Of a stretch of DNA of 64,000 nucleotides, positions 40,291-54,532 are shown one piece after another (within the stretch, counting starts at the first letter, position 1; each line of letters begins with the position of its first letter). The stretch is from the human T2T-CHM13v2.0 reference genome, Homo sapiens. The stretch is from the NCBI RefSeq assembly GCF_009914755.1, contig NC_060925.1. The stretch is one strand, 5' to 3'. The position numbers and the translations under genes are program-made. The notes under the pieces were generated by a model. That model worked only from the letters and a program-made list of their open reading frames with translations, had not been told where the DNA came from and did not search any database.

Positions 40291-42747
40291 TCTTAAGTCT
40301 TTATACCAAACTAGTGTGGCCCTGTAGCTCCCCCCCCTATTTCTAGAATATTTATTATAAGAGTTTTCTCTGGATAAACTGAATGGTCCCAGAGAAAAGA
40401 TCTCCAGGCCTTGACATGTGAAGGTTTCTGCAACTAGAAGGCCAGTTTGCTTCCTGATCACTTTATAACAAAGCTCACTCATCAATGAAGCCTTGTGGGC
40501 AACAAGCCCTAGTCACTCACATAGCATTTCTAGTCAGCTTTGACTTCCACTTTCTTAAATATGGACGGGCAGCCCAAAATCCCAGGATGTTTGAGGAAAC
40601 TCTCCAACGCAGAAAAAGAGAGAGACCAAAATAAATAGAAGGAGGAAGCTGAAGAAAACAGAGATAGCAGGGGATTAGAAAGAAACCTGAAAACAGAAAA
40701 TAGAATTAAGACACTACATTCTAAAACAAGCCTCTATGAAAAAGAAATAGAGAACTCTCAGAAATTAAAAATATATTCAAACTAAAAAAGAAGTCAGTAG
40801 AAGGGTTGAAAGGTTTAAAAAAAGAAGAAAACAAAAAATTAGAATAGAAATACAAGTTAGAAGAGGAAAGACTAGCAAATTAGAGAATCAATCTAGGAAG
40901 TCCAACATCTGATAAATATGAGTTCTAAAACAGAACAGAAAAAAAGGTGGAAACTGGCCTAAGAACCAATACAAGAAAAACTTCCAAATTCATAGATTTA
41001 AGTTTCCAGAGTGAAAAGACCCACTGAATAATCACCACAATGAAAATGAAAGGAGCCACTAGTACCCCAGGCAGATCCAGGCAAGCCAAAGCACACCAAA
41101 GATCAATTTCTTTGCCAAACATAGCTGTGCTATTGCATTTCTTCTGAGCTGGCCCTTTCCATCTCAGAGGGGGCCACAAAACCAGAGCAAGAGTCATCTC
41201 TGTCACTTAAGCTCATTGAGTTTGAGAGCCATCAGTCACCTTGCAGCCAATTTCTCAAGATAAAATATCCCTTACAGTTCCTTGGTTATCTTAATTATTC
41301 ATTATCAAATATAATATCCTCATCTTAAAATTGAATTTCCTTTTATTCTTTGTAGTGACTGGAGGGGGAGTTGAGATATAAAGAGGTGAAATTACTCTTT
41401 CTCTACTTTTTTGAAAAGTAACTTTAATTTAAGAAACGGATAATGGCTGATATCTTGGAAATAGATAAAACACATTCAGGTTTTAAAAACCAGTACTTAT
41501 TTTTGAAAATTAATCTTAATGTAATTGGTTGCAACTGAATATCTTCCTGATCAGGAAAGGGTTGGAGAAAATTAAAAGGAACTCAGTTCATTTTTGCCTG
41601 GAGAAAAATAGTTTTCTTTTTGGCACAATTATTCCAAGCTAATAAATTGTTAAAATGACATATTGTTATGGAACTCAGTCATAGAAGATCCTTTGATTTG
41701 GGCTCAGAATGTGATGATTGCTACAAAACAAGGTGGCCATTAGAGATTTTTCCAAAGGGCTATACTATAGATACCATTTTTTTTTTCAATTTCCTTTTGA
41801 AAAATCAGGAAAGAGAGTAATTTACGTGTAGTTCACTCAGTAGCCTGATTTCCTAAAAGTTGTTAAGTTCTTAGGAAAAGAGAAATAGGTCAAACGGGGT
41901 GGGTCTGTGGTCTCCCAACTAAAATAACTTGTCACAGTGTTGAGCTGGTAGTCTAAGGGTGTTAATCTGCAAATGATAAAATTACATGGGCCCATCAGTT
42001 CTGAGGTTTCATGAGACTATGACTATTATTTGTAATAGCCATTATAATAAACAAATATATTAAAAATAGATGGAAGGGGAACATTAAATGGCAACTAGTC
42101 AGGGACCTGCCCACTGGAAGTGTGCTCCTTGCCTGGGATTATTCTGCCTCTAGGTATGGGGTAGTGTTTATAAGCCTGGTATCATAGTTACTTGTATACT
42201 TTTCTCACCCCATGGGAGACAAGTGGCCTCCTTAATGATTTCCTTGCTTCCTCCCTGAGTTACATTCTCAACTCAGCAGGCAGAGCTATCTTTTAGTATT
42301 GTCAGATCAAGTCCTTAAAATTGGTTGAAAACCCCGTAATAGATGCTAAAGAGGATAAAGAGCTGAACCTATATAGCGCTTGCCTGCAAAGAATTTACAG
42401 TGTGGTTGAGAAGATGAGAAAGAACCATGTTCCAAGTTAAGAGTGTTGTGTAATATTAGGAAATGTATTTTATATATAACATTATTATAAAATCAATCCC
42501 CTGAGTGCTAATTGCCATAGCAGTATAGAAACTCTTTCAAGCTGTGGTAGTCAGAGGAGGTTTTTATAAAGTGATATTTGAAGTAAAACTTATGGGGATG
42601 TTTTGGATAGATTAAGGGACTGAGCGAGGGATTTGAAAGTAGTAATTACATAAGTGCAGACATGAGAAAATCCAGTTTCTCTTCAGGATAGACAGTGAAT
42701 AAGCCACTGTGCAATTGAAATATTGTAGCGTAGTATTTTATATAGGT

Positions 42748-42966
42748 CAGTGATTTTCGAATTCTTCTTTTTAAAGCGATGAACCTTTTGTCAAAATATC
42801 ACATGGAACTCCAACTTATTAAACCTGAGGACTGTAGCTTCTGTGGGTGAAGCAGGATGGGCAGAGGTTGGTTGGCATATCTGCCTGCATGACCTCTCAG
42901 CCCTAGAGTGGCCTTTGAGGCTCGTCCACTGAACCCAGGGCTCTGAAGAATACAGCTTAGAAACTG
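42748..42966. mobile_element. MER112-like hAT-Charlie MITE
   Basis: 'cagtgattttc...gaacctttt...ggaactccaa...gaacccagggctctg...acagcttagaaac'. Confidence 0.7.
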
Positions 42967-43187
42967 TATGTATGTAACTGTATGTACGTTTCAAGAGCAG
43001 CTTGGTGGGAGAAGGGAAGCTGGCTGCTTTGCGTCAGTTGGTAGAACATGTTGAATATCAGTTTTGATCTTCTGGTTTAGGCAATGGGGTATTATAGAAA
43101 GTTTGTGATCAGTACCTGTTATATAATGTTTCAGGAAGGCTTAAATGGTCGTGGGGGGTGTGCGTGCAGTTTTTGTTCTTCTTCCCT

Positions 43188-43351
43188 CCCCCAACACCCC
43201 AGTATGATCCTTAGAATTCTACCCAGGAGTCCAGTGATGGCACCCCCAACCCCCCAGCATGATCCTTAGAATACTACCCAGGAGTCCAGCGATGGTACCC
43301 CCCACCCCCCAGCATGATCCTTGGGATACTACCCAGAAGTCCAGTGATGTA
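43188..43351. repeat. 55-bp minisatellite, 3 copies
   Basis: 'agYatgatcc' recurs at 43201, 43256 and 43311. Confidence 0.97.
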
Positions 43352-43712
43352 GAGAGTGTTTACTTTTTTCATATTGAAGAGCAAGGCAAGTGTGGTGGAA
43401 ATAACTTATGGAAAGAAAGTATGAGGGCCACGTGGTGAGCACCAGCCGAGGCTAAATAGGATAATAGATATGAAAGTGCTCTGATATTTATAAAAGGCCA
43501 CTGTGTAAAATGCTCAATACATGAGTTAGAATTAATATCCCAGCATTAATATTATGGAAGAGTAGGCAGCCTTTGAATGGAAGAAATCAGTTCAGCCTTT
43601 CGTGTGTGCTGGTTCTCAGAGCATGAGCTTAGCTCTCAGATGTCATCATGACCAGCCAGCTCGCTGTTTTCCTCTCAGACCAATGACTTTCTTGATTTCC
43701 TATAACAACTCT

Positions 43713-44316
43713 TATCTTAGTCAGCTTGGGCTTCTATAAAAGAATACCATAGACTGGGTGGATTAAACAACAGACATTTGTTTCTCACAGTTCTGGAGGC
43801 TGGAAGTCTGAGATCAAGGTGCCAGCATGGCTGGGTTGGTTAAGACCATCTTCCTAGCTTGTGGATGGCTGCCTTCCTGCTGTGTGCTTCCCTTAGTCCT
43901 GTTTTTGTTTGTTTGTTTGTTTTTTGGTCTCACTCTGTCACCCAGGCTGGAGTGCAGTGGCATGGCTCTATCTAGACTTGAACTCCTGGGCTTGAGCAAT
44001 TCTCCCACCTCAGCCTCCTGAGTAGGGACTGCCAGCTAATTTTTTTTTGTAGACACAGGGTCTCACTATATTGCCCTGGCTGGTCTGTAACTCCTGGCCT
44101 CAGGCAATCCTCCACCTCAACCTCCTGAAGTGTGGGGATTACAGGCATGAGCCACCACTCCTGGCAAGTACTGTTTTTATAAGACAGTAATCCCATCATG
44201 CGGGGCCCACCCTCTTGACGTCATCTAAACCCAGTTTCCTCCTGAAGTTCCCACCTCCTTGTAGCTGGGACATCAACATGAATTCTAGAGGTACACTAAC
44301 ATTTATCCCACAACAA
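43713..44316 (-). mobile_element. MaLR LTR (MLT1A-like) with nested AluJ
   Basis: 'accatagactgggtgg...ttctcacagttctggaggctggaagtctgagatcaaggtgccagca'; LTR resumes after the Alu. Confidence 0.9.
43902..44165 (-). mobile_element. AluJ (internally deleted)
   Basis: TSD agtcctgttttt / agtactgttttt; (TTTG)n tail. Confidence 0.9.
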
Positions 44317-44954
44317 CCTCCTTTATCACTTCCCACTGTTCTCGTGTGTGGAGAACAGGATGGGAATCCTGCTGCATGTATTCCAGAAGAATGGCTGGCT
44401 GAAGCTGGGGATGCTGCCAAACACATAGATTTCCTGTGTCCATGGAGGTGCTGGGCTGAAGCACAGACATCTGAGGCTCCAAGGAGGAGAAACTCACCCA
44501 GAGAGGCAGCAACACGAAAAGATGAATTGATAGAGATGACGCGAGGAAGAACTGAATACACTAGATGTTCCCCTTCTTGAACTGGTGATCGCCTGATGAT
44601 TTCATCAGCTGCCACCCTGCAGGCCTTTTCTCTACTGGCTGCTCAGGCATGTGCTCGTTATTTATCTTGTCCTTTTGTCTGAGTCCCATATATGTGAGCC
44701 TGTGTGGATTCAGTCAGAAGGCAGAGGTGTTCAGAAACCAACAAAGTAGTTGGTTCAGTGTTGCTATGGGCAGAAGAGCTGAGACTGGGGTGAGACTTTT
44801 GCTCTGAGAAACTAGGCTGAAAAATTATTTCTGCCCGTTGAAATGTTAGAGTTCTATATCTTGAGCCCCAGAGCCTACAGAGACGTGTCTGGGCCTCACT
44901 GCAGCTCCCATTATTCCATTATTCCTCCAATAATGGAATAATAACCTCCCATAG

Positions 44955-45480
<526 letters not shown>

Positions 45481-46241
45481 GAAGCCTCTGTTCTTGACCT
45501 GGGAACAGTTAGTTCAGAATTGTCTCTGTGCTTTGCACTGCAGTGGAGAGGGTATCCCTCACATTCAGTCTGTGCTAACCTTGGAGGCCTGGGGGCAAGG
45601 TTTTCATTCACTCCACCTGAGGAGGAGGAGTTTGGGAAGCATCTCCTATCCTGACACTTCATCCAGCCCAAAGGACTTTAATTTTCATTTTATTTTTAAA
45701 ATTAACAGTAAAATTGATTTTGGGGGTATAGTATTATGAATTTATGTGTCTGTATAGATTCATGTAACCTTCACCCCAATCAAGGTAGAGATACTTTCAA
45801 GTTTTGTGTGTATCAGTAGTTCATTCCTTTTTATTTGTTAAAAATTTGTTTTACATTTCAACCAATTCCCCTCTAACTTTCTGTAACAATACTGTATCAC
45901 ACATGAACTGCTTATTTTCCTTTTTATTTTTGAGTAGTATTCTATTATATGGATATACCACAATTTGCTTATCCATTCACCCTGTGGAAGGATATTTGAG
46001 TCGTTTCTAATTTTGGTAATTATAATAGAGCTGTTAAACATTCATGTACAGGTCTTTGTGGGAACATAACTTTCCCTTTCTCTAGGGTAAACACTTAGCT
46101 GAGGTAATGCTGGGTCATATGGTAAGTGTATGTTTAACGTTCTAAGAGACTGCTAAATTAGTTTTGGCTGTGCTATTTTCCATTCCTTCAGCAATGCGTG
46201 AGAAGTCCAGTGGCTCTGCATCCTCCCCGGTGTTTGGCGTC

Positions 46242-46509
46242 TGTTGTGCTGGACCCTGTTGACTTCAGTAGGGATGGCACCAGGTTCAAGAGGCCGGAGG
46301 AGAGACCCAGAACCGGTGAACAAAACATGTGGTTTATTTGGGGGAACTTACAGAGACGGTCCAGTGGCTGCAGGCTGGAGAGGAGAATGATAACCGCCTG
46401 TAAAAAGCATGCAGTTTATATAGCACCCTCACTTGGCACACTTCCCTCAGCAACCTGCATGTGGCAACCCTAATTTCTTGTTATTTCTGTCAGGTGCATC
46501 TACCATACA
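46242..46509 (-). mobile_element. ERVL LTR (LTR47-like, apparently internally deleted)
   Basis: tg...ca termini, 'gatggcaccaggttcaagaggccg', 'gcatgcagtttatatagca', 'caggtgcatctaccataca'; degenerate TSD gcgtc/gtgtt. Confidence 0.75.
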
Positions 46510-47171
46510 GTGTTTAGTTGTTGTTTTAATTTTATCTATTCTAATATGTATATAGTGGGATCTTACTGTGGTTTTAATTTGCATTTCCCTAACAGCTAAT
46601 GATATTGAACATCTTTTCATGGGAGGCCATTATTCCAGACTTGGGTGAATACCCTATTGTCTTAGGGAGCTGTAATCAGGTCTGAGTGTGTTTCAATAGG
46701 CCCTGGAGCTCAAGATTCAGACTTTAAAAATCCCAGTGGGCAGATATAATTTTTTAGCCTTGTTTCCTAGGCATGAGCCTCACCTGTCTCAATTCCTCCT
46801 GTTAGACAAAAACACTGAACCAACTACCAAAACTTGTTGGTTTCTTTACATGTGTTTATTTGCTTTCAATATATCCCCTTTAATCAAGTGTCCATTTGAG
46901 TCATTTGCCCATTTTTTACTTCGGGTGTTGTCTACAGCTGTTGAGATTTGAGAGTTCTTTATATGAATGTATTCTGGATACAAATCTTTTGTCAGGTGTC
47001 CTATTTGCAAGCATTTTTTCCCAGTCTATTACTTGTCTTTTCATTCACTTAAAACTGGCTTCCACGGAGCAAGTTTAATTTTATGAAGTTCAATTAATCA
47101 GTTTTTTATTTTTTATGGATCATGCTTTTGGTATCATATGTAGAAGTTCTATATAAACCCAGGTCACAAAG

Positions 47172-47443
47172 TTTTTTGTTGTCGTTGTTGTTTCTGTTTT
47201 GTTTTTTGTTTTTGATACGGAGTCTCACTCTGTCACCCAGGCTGGAGTGCAGTTGTACGATCTTGGCTCTGCAACCTCTGCCTCCTGGGTTCCAGCGATT
47301 CTCTTGCCTCAGCCTCCTGAGTAGCTGGGACTATAGGCATGCTCCATCACACCCGGCTAATTTTTGTATTTTTAATAGAGATGGGGTTTCACCATGTTGG
47401 CCAGGCTGGTCTTGAACTCCTGACCTCAGGTGATCTGCCTACC
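47172..47443 (-). mobile_element. AluS lacking roughly its first 40-50 nt
   Basis: Alu sequence stops at '...gatctgcctacc' and L1 resumes. Confidence 0.93.
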
Positions 47444-47936
47444 ATTTTCTTCTAAAAGTTTTATAGTTTTACACTTAAGCCTGTGATGCACTTTGAATTA
47501 TTTCTGGCATAAGGTATGAGGTTTATTTTCATGTTCATTTTGGTTTTTTGCCTGATCTGGTCACATCTCACTCTCAGTAGTTCATTCTCTTTCCCTGTCA
47601 AGTTTGACTTTAGATTTCCATCATAGTTGGAGGGGGAAACCTGCCTCACATCACAGATTGTTTTTCCTATGGGAAAATAATCCCAGGATTAGGATTTTGC
47701 AGTTTGTAGTGGGGGCTTCTTCCCATTTTCATCCTCGTTTCTGAATAGTCACCTTGCTCTGCTTTGGATCCATGTTCAAATCTCATCTGTCTTCGGGGGC
47801 CCTCCCACGCATTTCAGTCTCTATCCAGTAGACTCCTTCCTGCACTCTGGATGTCACAGTGGTTGTGCTTGGTAATGCCACATGCTTTAATAGAGCGGAG
47901 ACAGAAAATTCAGAGGGAACTCAAATGAGGTAAGGC

Positions 47937-48161
47937 AGGAGTTGGCAAACCATGGCTCATGGATCAACTCTGGCCCACTGAGCGCCTTTATAAATAAAGC
48001 TTTATTGGAACATAGCTGCACTCATTTATCTCTGTATTGTCTATGGCTGTTTTTGTGCTGGAGCAAGAGAGTTGCATAGTTGCAACAAAGATCACATAGC
48101 TCTCAGAACATAAAATATTTACCACTTTATCTTTTACAGAAAAAAATTTACTGACCCTCGG
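47937..48161. mobile_element. MER58A hAT-Charlie MITE
   Basis: 'cagg.gttggcaaac...taaataaagctttattggaaca...tattgtctatggctg...ttttacagaaaaa...ctgaccc'. Confidence 0.92.
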
Positions 48162-48494
48162 AGTCAAGGCTGGTACTGGGGATGAGTTGGGTTATGGCAC
48201 TTTGCTATGGTGAAAACAGTCCTGCAGAAAACAGTGCTCTTCCTACATAAACCATCCTGGCATCTCTTCACCCAAGTTCATTTGTTGTCATAGAAATTTG
48301 GACGACGTAATGTCTGGTGCAGCTTTGGAGTTACCTATGGTGATGGGCTGGAAGAGAAGATGAGATGGAATAGAGATCATGTGGTGCATCAGTCAGTCCC
48401 AGTGAAGAACGGGGAGACGCAGGGAATCAGGAGTGACTTGATGACCAGCACTGACTTCTTAGTTTCTATGGTCTGCTAAACCTCACTCTACTTT

Positions 48495-48680
48495 AGTGGA
48501 CCTCAGTCTTAGCTGCTCATGAGAATCACCTGGGTAGCTTAAAAAAAAAAAAAAAAGCCCAATGTCCAGGCTGCACTCTAGACCAATTACATCAAAACTT
48601 CTGGGGGTGGGATCCAGACACCAGTATTTTTTAAGTTTCCCAGTTGGCTCTAGTTTACAGCCCAGGCTGGGAACCATGGT
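48495..48680. mobile_element. MER5A1-like MITE
   Basis: 'gaatcacctggg...ctagaccaatt...ctgggggtggga...ggctgggaacca'. Confidence 0.8.
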
Positions 48681-49045
48681 TCCACTTTACAATCCCATAA
48701 CCCCGAGGAAATATTGCCACCTACTGACAGTAGATAATTATTATGCCTTGAAAGAAGTCAATAACTTCAGATTCCCCTCCATTCTGGGAACTTGTGTATT
48801 GGTTACTGTATTTATATCATTTATGTATGAGAGTTGTATGTTAGAGTTTGATTTGGGGCCATCTTAAGGTGGTTGTTCCTGAGAAACACCTCATGTCTCA
48901 ATTTTTATGTAACTCAGAATATTGACATATATAATTGGTAGGAATCATTGAATGTTAGCACTGAAAGAAACCTTAGAGATGGTTAGTTCACAAAGCTGAC
49001 ATATCCAAATACCTTTTGGACTTACATACTGTGGTTCTGCCTCCT

Positions 49046-49205
49046 TGCTTCTCAAAGTGTGGTCTGTGGACCAGTAGTGTCAGCATCATCTGAGACTACG
49101 CTAGAAATAAAGAACCCTTGGCTCTCCCCAGACCTGCAGAATGGCCTATAAATTAACAAGGTCCCTGAGTGATTTATATGGACCTTCAAGTTTGAGAAGC
49201 ACCAG
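49046..49205. mobile_element. MER5A/B MITE
   Basis: 'gcttctcaaagtgtggtc...cagcatcatctg...ttaacaag...aagtttgagaagcac'. Confidence 0.85.
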
Positions 49206-50678
49206 TTTAGAGAATCATATAAGTGGAATCTTCTGGGTGTAGCTTCCAGTTTTATTGTAAGAAACTACTTTTCAAAGAGAGCTGCCAGTATTCTGTTAGA
49301 GGCTGAATGATTGCTCGACAGAGACAACACTGTGACTTCGAGAGCCCTCCAAATTCTGATTTTATTATTTTCCTCCTCCTTCTCAAATAGTTTCTTCAGT
49401 ATCTCTCAAGAATTACCTTCTTCATCATACCTTTCATTATACCACGAATATTCACTGGGGCCATCAGTTCTGCCTACTGTAGTTTCTCTCTTCCCAGCCA
49501 CCTTACATCTGGAACTTGTATTATCCTAATGGATGAATGCAAGCACAGGTTTTCCAAATTTACCCTTATCTCTTGCTCATCATGTTAGAAAGTCTAAGCT
49601 CACCCTAAGCGTACTATGGGGAAATTCAACGGGTAGAAGACTTGGGAGAGCGTAGGAAAAGCAGTCCCACATGAATGGCTGTGTGACCCCCACATCCTGT
49701 CTAGCTCCTATTACCTGATTCTCCAGTGCAAGATAGACTTTTTCAATGTATAACACATTCTTGTGTTCACCTGTGCTGGCATTGGTGAAAACATTGCTAC
49801 CTTTTCCAGGCAAGGGATTTAGGGACCACTTCCTTATTCTGCTTCTCAGTCTATATAGTGATTTCATCCAGATATTTTCTTTATTCTTACTATGCAGTGC
49901 TTGATACATGTCTCTAGTCTTTCCTAGATTTCTCATTTACAGTGTCTCTTCTTCCTGATTCCTCAGTGCTGTTGCCAAGATTATGTTCAGGATTTGCACC
50001 TCTATTTTTCACTCTTTTTAAAACCCTTAAGCACCCTCCTACTTTCTATGCAAAACTATAGTAACTTCTTTTCCATTTTAGAACTTTCCCCATCTGTCTG
50101 CATCCTTTCTGCCTTCCATCCTCTTCCCTTGCTTCTGGGATTGACCTGGCCTCACCAAATGCCTTCATTTCTATGTTGGTATACATTTGCCCCACCTTCC
50201 TCAAGTGTGCCTGCCCATCTAACTCTTCCTACAAGAGCTATGAAGGTTCGTATCACATTGAGTCATGTTTAGAGCTGGGAAGGTGTAATCTAACCCAATA
50301 CCCTGGCTTCACAGAAGGGAAGAATTATACCCTTCTGTAGGGTAGGTGGCTTGCTCAAGGTCACGTAGCTAAGAATGTGAATACTTGCTGTGAAATAGCA
50401 TTACTATTCAGTGTAGCTTCTTTGACTTCATAATACTTCATGCAAATTGTTTAACCTAACTTCACAAGGTAAGTGTGGGATGTGTGTGGCAGATAGTGAG
50501 AGGTGCTGGGAGGTTTATTAAACATGATTGATTACCTTCTTTTCAAGAGAGGTAAATTGAGCCCTAGAAAGACAAAAGGATTCATCATTTGTCTCATACC
50601 CACTTTTGGTCTGAGGCAGAAAACCGTAAATCCTTGATTCATGACTCTTCTAAATACTAGGAAACGTTTACTCCTTCT

Positions 50679-50680
<2 letters not shown>

Positions 50681-50726
<46 letters not shown>
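50681..50726. repeat. (GT)23 microsatellite
   Basis: Uninterrupted 46-bp run. Confidence 0.98.
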
Positions 50727-50732
<6 letters not shown>

Positions 50733-50784
50733 GAATCATACTGTGGTAACAGTGTTATCTCTGCCCCACTCCTCTGCAAGACTA

Positions 50785-50925
50785 TTTATTGCTGCATAAT
50801 GGATGTGTATATTTTGGGGTACATGTGATAATTTGATACATTCATATAGATTGTAACGATCAAATCAGGGTGACTGGGACATTCATCACCTTAAATAAGT
50901 ACCTTTGCTTTCTGCCAGGAACGTT
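50785..50925 (-). mobile_element. L1MA 3' end fragment
   Basis: 'tggggtacatgtgata...gatcaaatcagggt...catcacctt'. Confidence 0.8.
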
Positions 50926-51849
50926 GTTTAATGTCTCTAGTCTTCCTACTTACATCATATATTAACCATTTAGAGGAGTTTAGAGGACAGTCTAGGCTAG
51001 ATATTAGTGGAGAATGATAGAATTGACCGGAGTAGGGTTTATACTGTTGTATTTTTATCTTGCCATCCACCTCTGTCTCTTTTTTTACTTAAAGAAGAGA
51101 AGATTCTAATACTTGTTTTTAACATGCTGTGAGAGATATAGAGAAGAAAGCAGCTGAAAGCAGCAGATGATTGTTAGTACTGGTACTCATCTTGCTTCAT
51201 AAATCAGCCCTTCAGGCCCCTTAATCATTTAGGTTGTTGTTCAGCTACCCGTGACCTGTCAGCATGCTCCTGGTCAGAGAAAAGTGATGGCTGTATTCCC
51301 GGGGCTATCTCGTCTCCTCTCTACAGGGAGCAACCGCCACTTGGAGCTCCCCTGAGTACACAGTCCGAGATTGCTTGCACTTGAGGCTGCCGCTGCCTTC
51401 CATGCCAGGGCCTGTTTGACTTGCCCTATGCCATCATGCTGGTCTCCTGACACTGTGGAAATGCAGCCTCCTCACAGAACATCTGTGTGTGCATGAACCG
51501 CTCTTCCACCTTCTCAACGTTCCAAACAGCAACGAGCTTGAATATTTCCTGCCCCAAAGCCCTCCTTAAGTTCAGAAGGTCTCTTTACCATGTTTTTCTG
51601 TCCTCACTGGTATTTCATACCCTTCCCACGTTATTGACATGTGTCCCTGGGTGTGGAATGTTCCTGGTCCTGTGAAGTTAATTTCCAATATGTTCTTATT
51701 TCTCTTCTTGCTTTCTGTTATAAAATGGGGTTTGTGTGCTCATGAGACAGCTCATTAACCATGTATTGAATGAATGGAGGAATGAATGAATGAATTTTAT
51801 TTCCTGGAGCCATGATTCTGAGCTACTAAAAGACACAAGTGTTGGGGAA

Positions 51850-51975
51850 CATAACAAGCACAGAGCCAAGAGTCAGGAGATGTAGGTTCCAGATATGGGT
51901 TTTCTGCTAATGAACCTGGGAAGTCTCTTATCATCCCTGGGCACTGGTTTCTTCATCTATAAGATGAAAAGCTTG
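51850..51975 (+). mobile_element. MIR fragment
   Basis: 'gagtcaggaga...ctgggaagtc...gtttcttcatctataagatg'. Confidence 0.7.
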
Positions 51976-52045
51976 GTCAACCCTGGTGGCCTCAAACATT
52001 TCAAATACAAAGTTTCCTCTATAAATTTTTTAATGAACTATTTCA

Positions 52046-52180
52046 GGCTGGGTGCAGTGGCTAATGTCTGTAATCCTAACACTTTGGGAGGCCGAGGTGG
52101 GAGGATTGCTTGAGTCCAGGAGTTTGAGATCAGCCTGGGCAGCATAGCAAAACTCTGTTTCTATTTAAATAAATAATAAA
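52046..52180 (+). mobile_element. Free left Alu monomer (FLAM_C-like)
   Basis: Single arm; TSD gaactatttcag / gaaatatttcag. Confidence 0.9.
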
Positions 52181-53807
52181 GAAATATTTCAGATGTAAAA
52201 AATGTATGAAAGGTAAAGTATGAATACCTAATGCTTAGCACTCTGTGGAATTTCCTCCCAAAGTAATACTTTTTATTTTATTAGCTTTTGATTTAGAAAA
52301 TGGATGACAACAACTAGCAATAGCACTTTCATAAGAATCTATCTTGTTACAAGAATAGCTATACTTAAAAAATAGTACATATATGATTAAGACACATTGA
52401 TTAGTTTATGGCAATTCTTAATGCAAATAAAAATGTATAATAATCCTTGCTTTTGTGGCCCAAAGTAGTGTTTCTGAATAGCATGGTCTACATTACCATG
52501 TGCATTTTAAAAAACGCCAACTTTTGGCCGTACTTCTGATCTGCTGAATAAACATTTCTAAAGCCTGGGCCTGTGATTCTGCCTTTTTATCAAGTATTCC
52601 AAATGGGATTTAGAACTTGAGTTTTAGATCTCCTTGGTCTACAAAGTAGGATGATACTTCATTTCTATATAATGACAATGAATATTTCTTTAAAAAGTAG
52701 CTTCTGTGGTTCCTTTTGAGTATTTTGGAGATTGCAGAGATTTTATTTATACCCAATTTTCAATAATATATCTATTGCAAAAATAAGTCATGCTGGGATT
52801 GAGGTAGGTAGATGGGAAATAAATGTCTCTACCCAGTGTTTCCAAGACTCCTCATAGATATTCTGGAATTTAGATTCATTTCAAACTTTGGTGTTGGTCA
52901 TGCTGGCATTTCTGAGATTTTATATAAATCAACAATACAAGACACATCAGTATTAGAAACTGCCATGGTTCTCAGGAACCCTGCCCCCAAGATTCTGGTT
53001 CCATAGGCATAAGAGCCAGAAGTTAAGGAAGCTGGGTAGCCCACAGAACAGAAATTCATCTCACGACCATCCCCCCAATCATTACTCCTAACTGTACAGT
53101 CAAATGATTACGAGTGGCTTTGGCCAATAATGACAGCTCTACAGGATTTCATTTTTAAAAGGCTGTATCAAGCATAGATAAAGTGCTCAGTACTGTGCTG
53201 TGGACCATGGACCATATAAGGAAGATTAGTTCTTAAAGTCCTTGCACTTTGGAATGGAATCCAGATTTTAATAATTTGGTAATTAACTTCTGGAAGGCTT
53301 ACTTTATATACAGTGCCTTTTCTTGGGCTCTGTGAATAACCACTGTCAACTATATTCATTACTTTGACATTCATTTATCACCCTCCTATGTCCTGGTCTC
53401 TTTTCTTGGGTAGAAATATGTATCAGTCATATTTCTTGCTCTCATGAAGGGTATGGCCTGTGGGATAAATAAATAATCAACCAATCAACAGTGAGTGATA
53501 ATAGAGGCTTGCATATTGCTGTAGTAACCAACTCTGTGGGAGGATATGGGAAGCGGGAGTTGGCTTCACTGTGTAGAAGTGTGAGCAGATATTTCAAGAA
53601 TAAACAAGAGTTCACCAGGCAGATGGTGTGGGGAGGGCATTTTAGGCATAGGGAATAGCAAATGCAATTACATGGAAGTGTGGAAAACTATGGCATGTTT
53701 AACTTGCATGTGGGGGAGTTCCAGAAATATCATTTCGTGAGCAGAATTTAAGTGGACTTGCCGTGAGAACAAATGTGTTTGTTACATGGTGTTTTAGATT
53801 TTGCATT

Positions 53808-54532
<725 letters not shown>

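Larger units (their letters stand above)
39380..41070 (+). mobile_element. HAL1/L1M 5' and ORF1 remnant interrupted by two Alus
   Basis: 'ttagagaatcaatctaggaagtccaacatctga...agtttccagagtgaaaagacccactga'. Confidence 0.7.
45690..47555 (-). mobile_element. Old L1M (MC/MD/ME) hosting an LTR, an unknown insert and an Alu
   Basis: Collinear antisense L1 3'UTR/ORF2 motifs across the interruptions. Confidence 0.88.

Noticed and set aside
43188-43351. Possible CRISPR or snoRNA array (atgat/tgatg motifs)
   Set aside because: The whole 55-bp unit is repeated with no unique spacers and no proper C (RUGAUGA) / D (CUGA) box pair.
50452-50475. ctaac...cacaag|gtaagt as a recursive splice site
   Set aside because: The donor is perfect, but there is no polypyrimidine tract and AAG is a weak acceptor.
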